The notes: a model not told the origin generated them from the letters alone. A stretch of DNA of 64,000 nucleotides from Spirulina sp. (GCA_044070495.1 JBIPSI010000018.1:1-64000), one strand, 5' to 3'; shown: positions 27,148-36,699, counted from the stretch's first letter. A program made the numbers and translations.

Positions 27148-29355
27148 ATGGCCGATAATCCTCGCCTTCAGCTTCTCAACATCCTAAAAGCCCTCCCTTC
27201 TCCGTTATTTAACGAGTTGCTATATGTGATTAACCCTCCGGCGGGGCTAATCGCTGGCCCAACGGCCCCCCAGGCTGACCGCGCTATCCAGCTTTTGAAC
27301 TGGGCCGAGAGTCCGCCCCAGCGTGGCTTAGTGATTATTGAAGACACACTGAAGCAGATCAATCACGTTCCCGACCCGCCAGACATCGCATCCTTAGTCG
27401 CTGATGTTCGCACCCAGGTGTATGCCGATATCAAAGCCCGGTGCGGCACGATGCGGGTGTTGGATATGGAGCAACCCATTGGCCTGGGGGATATCTATAC
27501 CAGCGTTAACATTTTGGAGAAAATCTCTGGGCGGCGGCGATTGGGCCTAGAGGAATTGCTGCAAGACGGCGACCCCGAAAACTTTGACCGTTTTTGGCTG
27601 GGCCAAGTGCGCCATAAACGCATTCCTGGGCTGCGAGCGGTGGAAGAGCACCGCCAACTGATGATTTTGGGCAAGCCGGGGGCAGGCAAAACCACCTTTA
27701 TGAAGCGGCTGGCGATTTTTTGCAACGAGGGAGACTTTCAGCCCCAGCGAGTGCCTGTGTTTGTAACGCTGAAGGAATACGCCGAGGCCGAAGGCAAGCC
27801 CAAACTGCAAGTCTTTATCCAAAACCAGTGGAAAGCCTGTGGGGCGAAGGAACCCAATGCCCTGGAAGCTATTTTGAAGGCTGGTCAAGCCCTAGTGTTG
27901 CTAGATGGCCTGGATGAAGTGCAGGAAGCCGACCATGACCGAGTGCTGCAAGACATCAAAACCTTTACCCAGCAGTTCCGAGATTGCCAGTGTGTGATTA
28001 CCTGCCGCATTGCGGCGCGGGAATACATTTTTGAGACCTTCACCGAAGTTGAAGTAGCCGACTTTGACCAAGAGCAGATCGCCGAGTTTGCGACAAAATG
28101 GTTTGAGGTCAAGCAATATCCCGACAAGAAAGATGCCTTTCTTGAGGAACTGGAAGATAATAGACCTATTCGTGAGCTAGCAATTACTCCAATTCTTTTA
28201 ACATTGCTTTGCCTGATATTTGAAGAGAAGTCTAGTTTTCCTAGAAAACGATCTGAGCTTTATCAAGAAGGAATAGATCTATTATTAAAAAAATGGGATC
28301 ACCAAAGAAATATTAAACGAGATATAGCTTACAAGAGATTATTGCTTTTACACAAGAAGGAGTTATTGTATCAGCTTGCATTTGAAACCTTTGAACAGGG
28401 CAATTACTTCTTTAAACAACTTACCGTAGAGCAACACATCATTCGCTACATTCGCAACCTACCAGAAGCCAGTGAGGATGAAGAAGCCCTGCGACTAGAC
28501 AGCGAAGCGGTACTGAAATCTATTGAGGCCCAACACGGGCTTTTGATAGAACGAGCTAGGGGAATTTACTCTTTCTCCCACCTCACTTTTCATGAATACT
28601 TCACCACCCAACACATCATCAGCCCCACCGCCGCCGTAAACCAAGCCCTAAAAAACTTGGCCACCCACATTACGGAAAAACGCTACCACGAAATCTTCTT
28701 GCTCACCGCAGAAATGCTACCCGAAGCCGATACCCTGCTCCTGCTGATGAAACGGCAAATTGATCAAATCATGCAGGATGCCCCAACCGAAGACACTAAG
28801 CTACAAGCATTTTTAGCCTGGCTACAGCAAAAAGCTGCTTCAGCACAAGCTTCCTATAAAGCTGCTGTCATTCGAGATTGCTACTACCGCCAATATACCT
28901 TTGGTCTGATCCAGAGCCTCCGATTTTCCCCTACCCTTGCCTTCAACATTGCTCTTGCCCTCGATATTGATCGCACACTCAATCGTGCTGAGCAGTTGGC
29001 GGCTGTAAGTGATCTCGAATTAATGATTAAAATTCGGGCTTTAAAGACTGAATTACCTAGACGAGATAATCGAGAAGAATTTAAGAAATGGTGGTTAGAT
29101 AAGGGCGCAACCTGGTCTGAACAACTTTGGGTTGTGATGCTTGAGCATCGAAATATCGGCCACGATTGGCAATTTAGCGAAGTCCAAAAAGAAAAGCTAC
29201 GCCAGTATTACGACGCCAACAATCTTTTAGTCGATTGCCTCAACAGCGATTGCTACGTTACCAAAGCCACCCGGCAATACATCGAAGACACCCTACTGCT
29301 GCCCCTCAGCGAAATTGAAAAATACCCCGTCCCCGATGCCCTAGCGAATCTGTAG
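27148..29355 (+). CDS. NACHT NTPase with N-terminal effector-associated (EAD-like) domain and NCH2-like C-terminus
   Basis: GKPGAGKTT, LLDGLDEV, ITCR, TPILL, FSHLTFHEYF, HRNIGHDWQFS...YYDAN.LLVDCLNSDC. Confidence 0.9.
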   Translation: MADNPRLQLLNILKALPSPLFNELLYVINPPAGLIAGPTAPQADRAIQLLNWAESPPQRGLVIIEDTLKQINHVPDPPDIASLVADVRTQVYADIKARCGTMRVLDMEQPIGLGDIYTSVNILEKISGRRRLGLEELLQDGDPENFDRFWLGQVRHKRIPGLRAVEEHRQLMILGKPGAGKTTFMKRLAIFCNEGDFQPQRVPVFVTLKEYAEAEGKPKLQVFIQNQWKACGAKEPNALEAILKAGQALVLLDGLDEVQEADHDRVLQDIKTFTQQFRDCQCVITCRIAAREYIFETFTEVEVADFDQEQIAEFATKWFEVKQYPDKKDAFLEELEDNRPIRELAITPILLTLLCLIFEEKSSFPRKRSELYQEGIDLLLKKWDHQRNIKRDIAYKRLLLLHKKELLYQLAFETFEQGNYFFKQLTVEQHIIRYIRNLPEASEDEEALRLDSEAVLKSIEAQHGLLIERARGIYSFSHLTFHEYFTTQHIISPTAAVNQALKNLATHITEKRYHEIFLLTAEMLPEADTLLLLMKRQIDQIMQDAPTEDTKLQAFLAWLQQKAASAQASYKAAVIRDCYYRQYTFGLIQSLRFSPTLAFNIALALDIDRTLNRAEQLAAVSDLELMIKIRALKTELPRRDNREEFKKWWLDKGATWSEQLWVVMLEHRNIGHDWQFSEVQKEKLRQYYDANNLLVDCLNSDCYVTKATRQYIEDTLLLPLSEIEKYPVPDALANL
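29315..29354 (+). repeat. 40-bp repeat R1 (encodes NACHT1 C-terminus)
   Basis: TTGAAAAATACCCCGTCCCCGATGCCCTAGCGAATCTGTA. Confidence 0.9.
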
Positions 29356-29508
29356 GGTGCAAATGTCGGATCAATCCCCTGGCCGCAATGCACCGCTCAC
29401 CCATCGCGGATTTCTCTGTGTATGGCTTTGGTGCATTGCTTCGCGTATAGCCCTTCGGGCATGGCTGACGCTAGGGCGCTAGCCTCGCCTTGGCGTTATG
29501 CACCCTAC
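29352..29508. repeat. REP-type element GTAGGGTGCA...TGCACCCTAC, copy 1
   Basis: 10-bp inverted termini; paralogous to 39531-39684 but with an extra ~28-bp CCCTTCGGG hairpin. Confidence 0.8.
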
Positions 29509-29567
29509 AAATTGGGGATGTGCTACTTCTTTGAAAATGTGTCCGACAATTAGCCCAATTTCTTCAC

Positions 29568-29644
29568 TTGAAAAATACCCTGTCCCCGATGCCATAGCGA
29601 ATTTGTAGACAAAAAATCCCAGGGTTCTTGAAAAACCCTGGGAT
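29568..29644 (+). repeat. 40-bp repeat R2 (29568-29607) plus palindrome T1
   Basis: TTGAAAAATACCCTGTCCCCGATGCCATAGCGAATTTGTA then ATCCCAGGGTTCTTGAAAAACCCTGGGAT. Confidence 0.9.
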
Positions 29645-29810
29645 CTGCCCCTAAATCAACCCTTCGGATCTAGCGAGGGAAGGTTGCAGTAAGGACAATC
29701 CATGACGCTGGCACAGTTTCATGACAATCGCGCTACCAATCACCGACTAACAGACCAGTGCGTCGAGTAAAGAGATCGATGCATCATCCGTGCACGCTAG
29801 CCAAAGCTTT

Positions 29811-29856
29811 GTAACCAGGGATACGGCGTTATCGATCAATTTGTAATCCACTAAAC
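29811..29856 (+). promoter_or_regulatory. Tandem NtcA-type sites upstream of the GAF-LuxR gene
   Basis: GTA-ACCAGGGA-TAC (29811-29824) and GTA-ATCCACTA-AAC (29843-29856). Confidence 0.6.
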
Positions 29857-29995
29857 ATGGCGTTAGTAGCGATGGGTCATACCAAGTTTGAGTTAGACAA
29901 CTGAGTCCCAACCGGGCCAACCCTAGGGGTGAGGTCTCTGGATTGGGGGGTAATCCGTTGAACGTCTTAGCGCCGTCTAAACTTTTGATATCCCT

Positions 29996-31408
29996 GTGGG
30001 CCAACTTTCCTCGTTTTTAGATGCGGCCCGACTGGTGCACGACTTGCAACAGGTCAAGGAGATTGCCCAGTCCATTAGTGGCCAACTTGATCCAACCCAG
30101 ATTGCCCACCGAGTGACGGATGCCTTGGTGCAGCGATTTGGTTGTGCCTTTGCTCGAATTTGGTTATTAGAGCCGAATCAGGTCATGCTGCGCTTAGTGG
30201 CATCTTCAGGGCTGTATACCCACACCAACGGCTCCTTTGCGCGGGTGCCCATGGGAGCCTATAAGGTGGGAAAAATTGCTCAAAATCGGGTGCCGTTTCT
30301 CAGTAATCACCTCTCAGAGGAGGCTTGGGTCAAGGATCGTCAATGGGCGCTGGATAATCACATTCAAGGCTTTGCGGGCTATCCCCTAGTGGCTGGAGAG
30401 AGAGTTCTAGGTGTTCTGGCAAGTTTTCGCCATGGGCCTTTCGAGCCAGAGTTTCTAGAGGTGTTGCAAGTGCTTTGCATGACCGTCACCGTGGCGTTGG
30501 ATGCGGCCCAGGCGACGGCCTTAGCGCCTAGAGAGGCTGGGATGCGATCTGAGTTGCTCTCGGATCAACTGGCTCAACTCCTGGGGGCGAGTCCGTTTAC
30601 CCTAGTGGGTACCGAGCGTCCTCTGAAGCCAATGGTGGCCCACCTGCTTCGACAAGTGGGCGAAACCCTCAAACAGTTGAACTGCCGCTATTGTCGCCTC
30701 ACCTATACAGCCCAGACGGTGTCTCTTGAGGCGCTTGCCGATGAGCCATCCGGTGTGAGCCTTGAGGGGGAGGAAAGGGGGAGTCCCTTGTACGGGAGGC
30801 TCAGTGCCTCTCTTTTTACCGATATTAGGCACGGGGTGATCTGTTTAGGAGGAAGCTTTGAGGTTCGATCCGTTGTGCAGCGGCAGACCTATCAACTGTC
30901 TGTAGTCCTCCCTGCGGCCCAATCCCCCCTGGTGGTGCAGGTGCAATGTCGCCAACCGCTGATTCACCAGGGCGTTGTTCACCTCGTTGCCCAAGCGGGG
31001 TTCGCCGTTGCAGACGGGGAGTCTGCGGCTATGGTGCGAATTACGGATGACCCGACAGGGCTAGGCACACTTCCCGTGGTGTGGGTCAACCAGGGCAAAG
31101 ATAGAATCCCGGCGGGCGTTGCCGCTGTGATGGATTTTGGCTGCACGGCGGAGGATCTACACACCCTCATCCACCAAGCCTTACAAGATCCTGAGGAGCA
31201 CTATCAAGGGGCTGCGCCTCTTCTGTCGGAGCGTGAGCGACAGGTGATGGCCTTGCTGGCGGATGGGCAGCGTGACCGTGCCATTGCCCAGGCATTATTT
31301 ATTAGCGAAAGCACGGTGAAGTTTCATATCAACAATAGCTTAGCTAAGCTGAAGGCTAAAAACCGTTACCAAGGGGTATACCAAGCCGTCATCCAGGGCT
31401 GGATTTAG
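29996..31408 (+). CDS. GAF + LuxR-HTH transcriptional regulator associated with the Nit1C cluster
   Basis: N-terminal GAF (FARIWLL...FAGYPL); C-terminal LSERERQVMALLADG...ISESTVKFHI. Confidence 0.85.
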   Translation: MGQLSSFLDAARLVHDLQQVKEIAQSISGQLDPTQIAHRVTDALVQRFGCAFARIWLLEPNQVMLRLVASSGLYTHTNGSFARVPMGAYKVGKIAQNRVPFLSNHLSEEAWVKDRQWALDNHIQGFAGYPLVAGERVLGVLASFRHGPFEPEFLEVLQVLCMTVTVALDAAQATALAPREAGMRSELLSDQLAQLLGASPFTLVGTERPLKPMVAHLLRQVGETLKQLNCRYCRLTYTAQTVSLEALADEPSGVSLEGEERGSPLYGRLSASLFTDIRHGVICLGGSFEVRSVVQRQTYQLSVVLPAAQSPLVVQVQCRQPLIHQGVVHLVAQAGFAVADGESAAMVRITDDPTGLGTLPVVWVNQGKDRIPAGVAAVMDFGCTAEDLHTLIHQALQDPEEHYQGAAPLLSERERQVMALLADGQRDRAIAQALFISESTVKFHINNSLAKLKAKNRYQGVYQAVIQGWI

Positions 31409-31482
31409 AGGAGCGACAGAGTTTTGTTAGGGTAGGTTTAAGTAGGGCGTGGCACAGGCAATGAACAGAAGTCCGTGATTCA

Positions 31483-31632
31483 TATAGTGGATTTCACTAG
31501 GATAAAGCACATTGCAGTGATCCCCCCTTCTCCCCTTATCAAGGGGGATACAGAGTGAACCTTAGACAACTCAATACTGGGGGGATGTTAAGCCAAGCAA
31601 TGGTGTACCTCACTCTATCGAGAAATGCTATG
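31483..31632 (-). mobile_element. 150-bp TATAG-end MITE, copy 2 (degenerate)
   Basis: TATAGTGGATTTCAC...GAGAAATGCTATG, colinear with 56498-56647. Confidence 0.75.
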
Positions 31633-31669
31633 GATGACGGACATAACGCATCAAAAAAGAAAGGCTATG

Positions 31670-32971
31670 TCACGATCCTAAGGCCATATCGTTGATGACC
31701 TCTAGCAGCGGTGAACGCTCCAGTAAAGACCTAGTAGAGTGCTTTCGTCGCTCGGTCATCACGATGCGATCTGCGACATAGTAAGCATCGCGAGCAATGC
31801 CAGAAAACCGCCCAGAACCCCAGGTATAAAGCCAAGGCAGCCCTAGAAAATAGCAGCCTTCTACCGCCGTAATGCCGCGATCATGGCATGGGTAGCCTTT
31901 ACCATTAAATACGGGCACATCTACCCAGCTAAAGTCCATATTGTAGCCAATGGCCCAAATCACCGTTGTGATGTTGGCGGCTGTGAGATCTAAAGAGGGG
32001 GTCGTTTCTTGGGGCGTCCAAACGGGCTTATAGGGCGGATCGAGGGGAGCCTCAATTGCCTGGTTTTGAATAAATTGATCAATGGTGCGTTTAATACTTT
32101 CGGCTACGGCATCCGCCTGGTCAAGGTTGTGCTTTAGGCTGTCATCAAACCGGAGTTGATCCTTTTCAACCGCCGTTAATCGTCCGTAGAGCTTCATACC
32201 TTCGAGGGCAAAACGGCGTAAATCAATCTCCCGTCCCCCATCGCGCCCCGTGAGATAGTGATTTGTTTTATGGCGAACGGCCTCCTTTTGGGGATGTTGA
32301 TCAATGGGAATATCGTAGTAACCCATGAGTTCCAGCCAGTCCACCACATCTCGGCCCCGATATCGCCGGGGAGAACGGGGAGCACCCCCCACGCAGAGGT
32401 GAACTTGCCGACCCGCTAAGTGGAGATCCTCGGCAATTTGACAGCCAGATTGCCCCGTCCCGACAATGAGTATTTCACCTTCCGGCAGTTGCTCAGGGTT
32501 TTTATATTGTGAGGAAGACAGTTGCGTGATGGTTGCGGGTAAGCGCTCCGCATAGGCCGGAATTTTGGGCCGATGATATCCGCCCGTGGCAATGACCACT
32601 TGATTGGCGGTGAACTCTCCAGCGGAGGTATTGAGATAAAATTTATCGCTTCCTTCCATGCGCACCCTAGAAACCGTCACCCCTTCCTGCACGGGGGCAT
32701 TGAAGTGGCGGGCATAGGCTTCCAGGTATTGCACAATTTCGTCCTTGGCCATAAACCCGTTGGGATCATTTCCGGGGTAAGGAAACCCCGGTAATTGGCA
32801 TTGCCAATTGGGCGTCACCAAGCAGAAGGAATCCCAGCGCTGATTGCGCCAAGCATGGCCAATGCGGTGTTTTTCGAGGACAACGTGATCAATTCCCCGT
32901 TCCTTGAGGCAATAGCTGAGGGCAAGGCCAGCCTGCCCGCCGCCCACAATTATGACCGTGTGATGCTGCAT
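31670..32971 (-). CDS. MSMEG_0569-family flavin-dependent oxidoreductase (Nit1C NitH)
   Basis: IVGGGQAG, RWDSFCLVTPNWQCQLPG, VGTGQSGCQIAEDL, NHYLTGRDGG, GLPWLYTWGSGRF. Confidence 0.9.
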   Translation of the reverse strand: MQHHTVIIVGGGQAGLALSYCLKERGIDHVVLEKHRIGHAWRNQRWDSFCLVTPNWQCQLPGFPYPGNDPNGFMAKDEIVQYLEAYARHFNAPVQEGVTVSRVRMEGSDKFYLNTSAGEFTANQVVIATGGYHRPKIPAYAERLPATITQLSSSQYKNPEQLPEGEILIVGTGQSGCQIAEDLHLAGRQVHLCVGGAPRSPRRYRGRDVVDWLELMGYYDIPIDQHPQKEAVRHKTNHYLTGRDGGREIDLRRFALEGMKLYGRLTAVEKDQLRFDDSLKHNLDQADAVAESIKRTIDQFIQNQAIEAPLDPPYKPVWTPQETTPSLDLTAANITTVIWAIGYNMDFSWVDVPVFNGKGYPCHDRGITAVEGCYFLGLPWLYTWGSGRFSGIARDAYYVADRIVMTERRKHSTRSLLERSPLLEVINDMALGS

Positions 32972-33281
32972 AGTGTTGAGCCTTGACCAGCCCCAGTGAA
33001 TTTGTCGTTGGCGCGAAACTTGGAAATAAGCTAGGCGGTTTAGCTCCGGCTCCCTGTAGCTTGCAGCACAAAATGGGCGTAACTATGGCTATGGTTAGGG
33101 GATCGGCGGGTCAGTAGGGGCGCGATCAACGCATTGGATTGTCCCAGCGGCCTTTTTGTCAGGACATCACAACAATTAGCGGAATTGTCCTATCGAAAGT
33201 GATAGGTACATCCTCCGTTCTCGCAATTCTACTCGGCATTTTGTGGTTGCCCCTAGCATTAGTCATAGACCCCACTACTTT

Positions 33282-33323
33282 GTTACTTGCGATACAGGCT
33301 GTACTGTTACGGAATTTTAAGGT
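33282..33323 (+). promoter_or_regulatory. NtcA-activated class II promoter of the nitB operon
   Basis: GTT-ACTTGCGA-TAC (33282-33295), exactly 22 nt, then TAAGGT (TAN3T) at 33318-33323. Confidence 0.7.
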
Positions 33324-33400
33324 GCTAATCAACAAGGATTTGCCTTGCAAGACTAGGTTCAATCCCTAGGGGAAAGAGTGATTTTGTCTAGATAATTTCC

Positions 33401-33542
33401 GAGTGCATCCTAAGTTATGCAAATTCGCCCTCATCCCCCAGCCCCTTACTCCCAAAACGGGAGAAGGGGAGCCGGATTCAAAGTCCCTCTCTCGCTCTGG
33501 GAGAGGGATTTAGGGTGAGGGTTACCAAGGTGGGATGCACCC
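33401..33542. mobile_element. MITE-like hairpin-rich repeat element
   Basis: GTGCATCC/GGATGCAC inverted ends enclosing CCCTCATCCCCCAGCCCC...GAGAGGGATTTAGGGTGAGGG. Confidence 0.65.
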
Positions 33543-33609
33543 ATGTTTCCCTTGGTCTAAGTCTGTGTCAAGCCTGAGTACAACTCGTTAGTTTTTGAGG
33601 ACAACTGTA

Positions 33610-34092
33610 ATGCCTGAGGTTACCGCTCCTGCCCACAAGGCTGGCGATTTTTTGGTGGACTACGAAGAAAAAGTGTTTCCGGATGTACAAGCCGATCCGG
33701 GAGAAAAGGCCCTCGTTACCTTTCACACGGTAGCCTTTGAGGGATCGATTGGGTTAGTGAATCTATTGCAGGCCACTCGCCTGATTCGCAAAGGCTTTGA
33801 GACCTCTGTTCTACTCTATGGCCCAGGGGTTACCTTGGGTGTGCAGCGTGGTTTTCCAAAGTTGGGAGACGAAGCCTTTCCTGGGCACCAAGCCATGAAT
33901 AATCAGTTGATTAAAATTATGGAAGAAGGGGGCAAAATCTACGCCTGTCGGTTTGCTTTGCAAGCACTCTATGGCCATGGTGAGCCTTCTTTGATTCCTG
34001 GTATTCGGCCCATCAATCCCCTCGATGTGATGGATTTAATTCTTCTCCATCGCAAAGAAGGAGCCTTTATCCTCAATACCTGGACGCTCTAG
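33610..34092 (+). CDS. MSMEG_0572/Sll0783-family nitrogen-starvation protein (NitB)
   Basis: [26 protein letters not shown]...[11 protein letters not shown]...[12 protein letters not shown]. Confidence 0.92.
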   Translation: MPEVTAPAHKAGDFLVDYEEKVFPDVQADPGEKALVTFHTVAFEGSIGLVNLLQATRLIRKGFETSVLLYGPGVTLGVQRGFPKLGDEAFPGHQAMNNQLIKIMEEGGKIYACRFALQALYGHGEPSLIPGIRPINPLDVMDLILLHRKEGAFILNTWTL

Positions 34093-34164
34093 CTAGGGGA
34101 ACCGAAGCAAGGGATATCCTTGCTTCGGTTCTATTGTATGGCGTTCATCACCGAGAGTATTGTC

Positions 34165-34410
34165 ATGGATTACAGTCAGGTTGTTCGGGCGGCGGCGGTT
34201 CAAATTAGCCCAGTGCTGCACAGCCGCGAGGGAACCACAGAAAAAGTTTTAGACGCCATTGCAGCGGCGGCCAAGGAAAGTTTGCTGAAGCTGCGGCTAA
34301 ACCAAGCGCCTTGGTCGCTGCTGGAAACGGTGTCACCGGAGCAAGATCGTGATCCTGTGGTCTCTCCCGCTTCCCCTCCGCAGGCGGCTGAGACCGAACT
34401 GTCCCTCTAA
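34165..34410 (+). pseudogene. Nit6803-family nitrilase (nitC) with large in-frame internal deletion
   Basis: N-terminal VRAAAVQISPVLHSREGTTEKVLDAIAAAAKE fused directly to C-terminal LLKLRLNQAPWSLLE; no FPET, RKI or CWEH motif. Confidence 0.85.
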
Positions 34411-34467
34411 CGCTACGGCTAGCGTTACCAACGTCCCACATCCCCGCCAACGTCACTTCCTCCTGCC

Positions 34468-35553
34468 ATGAATCCAAAACATCTCCTAACGGAATTGCAG
34501 ACCCATGGGTTGCAGATTGCCGATGAGTCGATGGGAGCCCAAGGCCGACGGGGAGGCGCTGGCCCCTCCGACCATAAGGCCATAACCATTGACGGTCGCA
34601 CTATTATGGTGCCGATCTACACCGGAACCGCCGCTAGTTCGCCCTACGGGGTCATCCATCCAGCGGAGACCCATCAGGCCACCTTGACCTATGAGGATCA
34701 GCCCGTTGCCACCGTTGAATTTCCCCACCAGCCCCGGTTTTACGGCTTAACCACAGCGGATGGAGTGCCTTACTGGAAAATTGCCTTACTCCACAGCAAG
34801 AATGTTTTGGCGACGACGGTGCTGCAAACCTGTATGCGCTACCGGGATGCCTCCACCGCTTGCCAGTTTTGTGCCATTGAAAAATCGCTGGATCAGGGGC
34901 GGACCCTAGCGCGGAAAACCCCGGAACAGTTGGCGGAGGTGGCGGAGGCGGCCATGCGGTTAGATGGCGTGCAACACATGATCATGACCACCGGGACGCC
35001 CAATACACCGGATCGAGGAGCTGCTTACCTGGCAGAATGTGCGCGAGCCATCAAGCAGCGGGTGAATCTGCCCATCCAGGCCCAGTGCGAGCCTCCAGCG
35101 GATTTTAGCTGGTTTGAGACCCTGCGACAGGCGGGCATTGACAGCCTTGGAATGCACCTAGAGGCCGCCGATCCAGCGGTACGGGCTCGCATTATGCCCG
35201 GTAAGGCCGAGGTGCCCCTGTCGGTGTATTTTGAGGCTTTTGAGGCAGCGGTGCAGGTGTTTGGATGGGGGCAGGTGACGACCTACCTGTTAGCGGGGTT
35301 AGGGGATTCCCTCGAAACCCTGGTCGCCACGTCGGAGCAACTGATTGCGATGGGGGTTTATCCATTTATCGTGCCCTTTGTGCCTATTACCGATACGCCC
35401 CTAGCCCAGCACCCAGCACCCAGTGCGGCGTTTATGACGGCGGTGTATGAACAGGTGGGGCAGCGCCTCAAGCAAGCGGGGATGACGGCAGCGGCCATGA
35501 AGGCGGGCTGTGCCAAATGTGGAGCCTGTTCGGCCCTAGCGGCCTTTGAGTAG
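34468..35553 (+). CDS. MSMEG_0568-family radical SAM protein (NitD)
   Basis: RRGGAGPSDHKA, LATTVLQTC......CQFC, C-terminal AGCAKCGACS. Confidence 0.92.
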   Translation: MNPKHLLTELQTHGLQIADESMGAQGRRGGAGPSDHKAITIDGRTIMVPIYTGTAASSPYGVIHPAETHQATLTYEDQPVATVEFPHQPRFYGLTTADGVPYWKIALLHSKNVLATTVLQTCMRYRDASTACQFCAIEKSLDQGRTLARKTPEQLAEVAEAAMRLDGVQHMIMTTGTPNTPDRGAAYLAECARAIKQRVNLPIQAQCEPPADFSWFETLRQAGIDSLGMHLEAADPAVRARIMPGKAEVPLSVYFEAFEAAVQVFGWGQVTTYLLAGLGDSLETLVATSEQLIAMGVYPFIVPFVPITDTPLAQHPAPSAAFMTAVYEQVGQRLKQAGMTAAAMKAGCAKCGACSALAAFE

Positions 35554-35646
35554 ACGTTTGAAGCGTCGGTTGATTTCTCCCATTGCGGCAGCCTCGGTTG
35601 GCTGTTGAAACGGGATCGCAGTAGCCCTGTATAGAAGGTATCTACT

Positions 35647-36165
35647 ATGTCTTTACCTCGATATACCTTTGAATTAGCCCAGACCCCCCAGGATGTCAGA
35701 GCCTATTTCCAGCTTCGGCGGGCCATTTTCTGCGAGGAGCAGGGGCTTTTTTCTAAAGACGATAGGGATGAACTGGACAATGTCGCCTATCCCATCATTG
35801 CCGTGGAGCAGGATATTTTAGCGGGGCGGCAGGTGGTGGGCATCGTGCGCATTTATGAGGCGGAGCATCGCCTTTGGTATGGTGGACGGCTGGGGGTTCA
35901 TCCTCGCTATCGGCGCGTTGGGCGCATTGGCAAAGGCTTAATTCAGAAGGCGGTAACCACGGCCCATGGCTGGGGTTGTGATCGCTTCTTGGCCACAGTG
36001 CAAGAACAAAATGTAAGATTCTTCCAGCGGCTGCACTGGGCGTCGCTCCAAGAGATAGACATCTGCGGCCATCCCCACCACCTCATGGAAGCGGATTTGG
36101 CGTTCTATCCCCCCGGCAACGACATTCGACGAGTCACGACTGAGCGTGGACTGCAAGTGTCCTAA
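35647..36165 (+). CDS. MSMEG_0567/Sll0786-family N-acetyltransferase (NitE)
   Basis: LRRAIFCEEQGLF, WYGGRLGV, FLATVQEQNVRFF...HHLMEADL. Confidence 0.9.
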   Translation: MSLPRYTFELAQTPQDVRAYFQLRRAIFCEEQGLFSKDDRDELDNVAYPIIAVEQDILAGRQVVGIVRIYEAEHRLWYGGRLGVHPRYRRVGRIGKGLIQKAVTTAHGWGCDRFLATVQEQNVRFFQRLHWASLQEIDICGHPHHLMEADLAFYPPGNDIRRVTTERGLQVS

Positions 36166-36203
36166 CCCATCCCAGTTTCCTTGCGATAACACCCCCTTAC
36201 CCT

Positions 36204-36503
36204 ATGCCTGAAGTACGTTTTCAAATTCAGTGGCCCGATGGTTCCCAAGAAATCTGCTACTCTCCCTCGTTAGTGGTCAAAGACTACTTCACGACGGGAG
36301 AAAGCTACGCCATCGAAGACTTTCTGGCTCGATCTCGAACCGCCCTGCAAACGGCGAGTCAACGGGTACAGGCCAAATATGGCTTTCCCTGTAGTTTGGC
36401 CCTGGGGCAGTTGCAGCATCTAGAATCCCAGTCGGCTCGGTTTATGACTCAACCTGGGGATCAAAAGGCTTCGCAGGTACGTGTATTAGCGTTTCTGGAA
36501 TAG
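36204..36503 (+). CDS. MSMEG_0570-family protein (NitG)
   Basis: MPEVRFQIQWPDGSQEICYSPSLVV...RVQAKYGFPCS. Confidence 0.9.
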   Translation: MPEVRFQIQWPDGSQEICYSPSLVVKDYFTTGESYAIEDFLARSRTALQTASQRVQAKYGFPCSLALGQLQHLESQSARFMTQPGDQKASQVRVLAFLE

Positions 36504-36558
36504 CCGCTGACCCTGGGAATAGGCACCGCCGGGACACCAATCGACTGTGCAAAAAAAA

Positions 36559-36639
36559 TTGAGCCATACTCTGTCCCCGATGCCATAGCGAATCTGTAAC
36601 AACAAAAGATCCCAGGGTTCTTGAAGAACCCTGGGATCT
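36559..36639 (+). repeat. 40-bp repeat R3 (36559-36598) plus 33-bp palindrome T2
   Basis: TTGAGCCATACTCTGTCCCCGATGCCATAGCGAATCTGTA then AGATCCCAGGGTTCTTGAAGAACCCTGGGATCT. Confidence 0.9.
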
Positions 36640-36699
36640 GATTCTAGGACGTAGGGCAAGACTTTGCTGCGTTACGCCGGGGCTAAGGCATCCTCAGAA

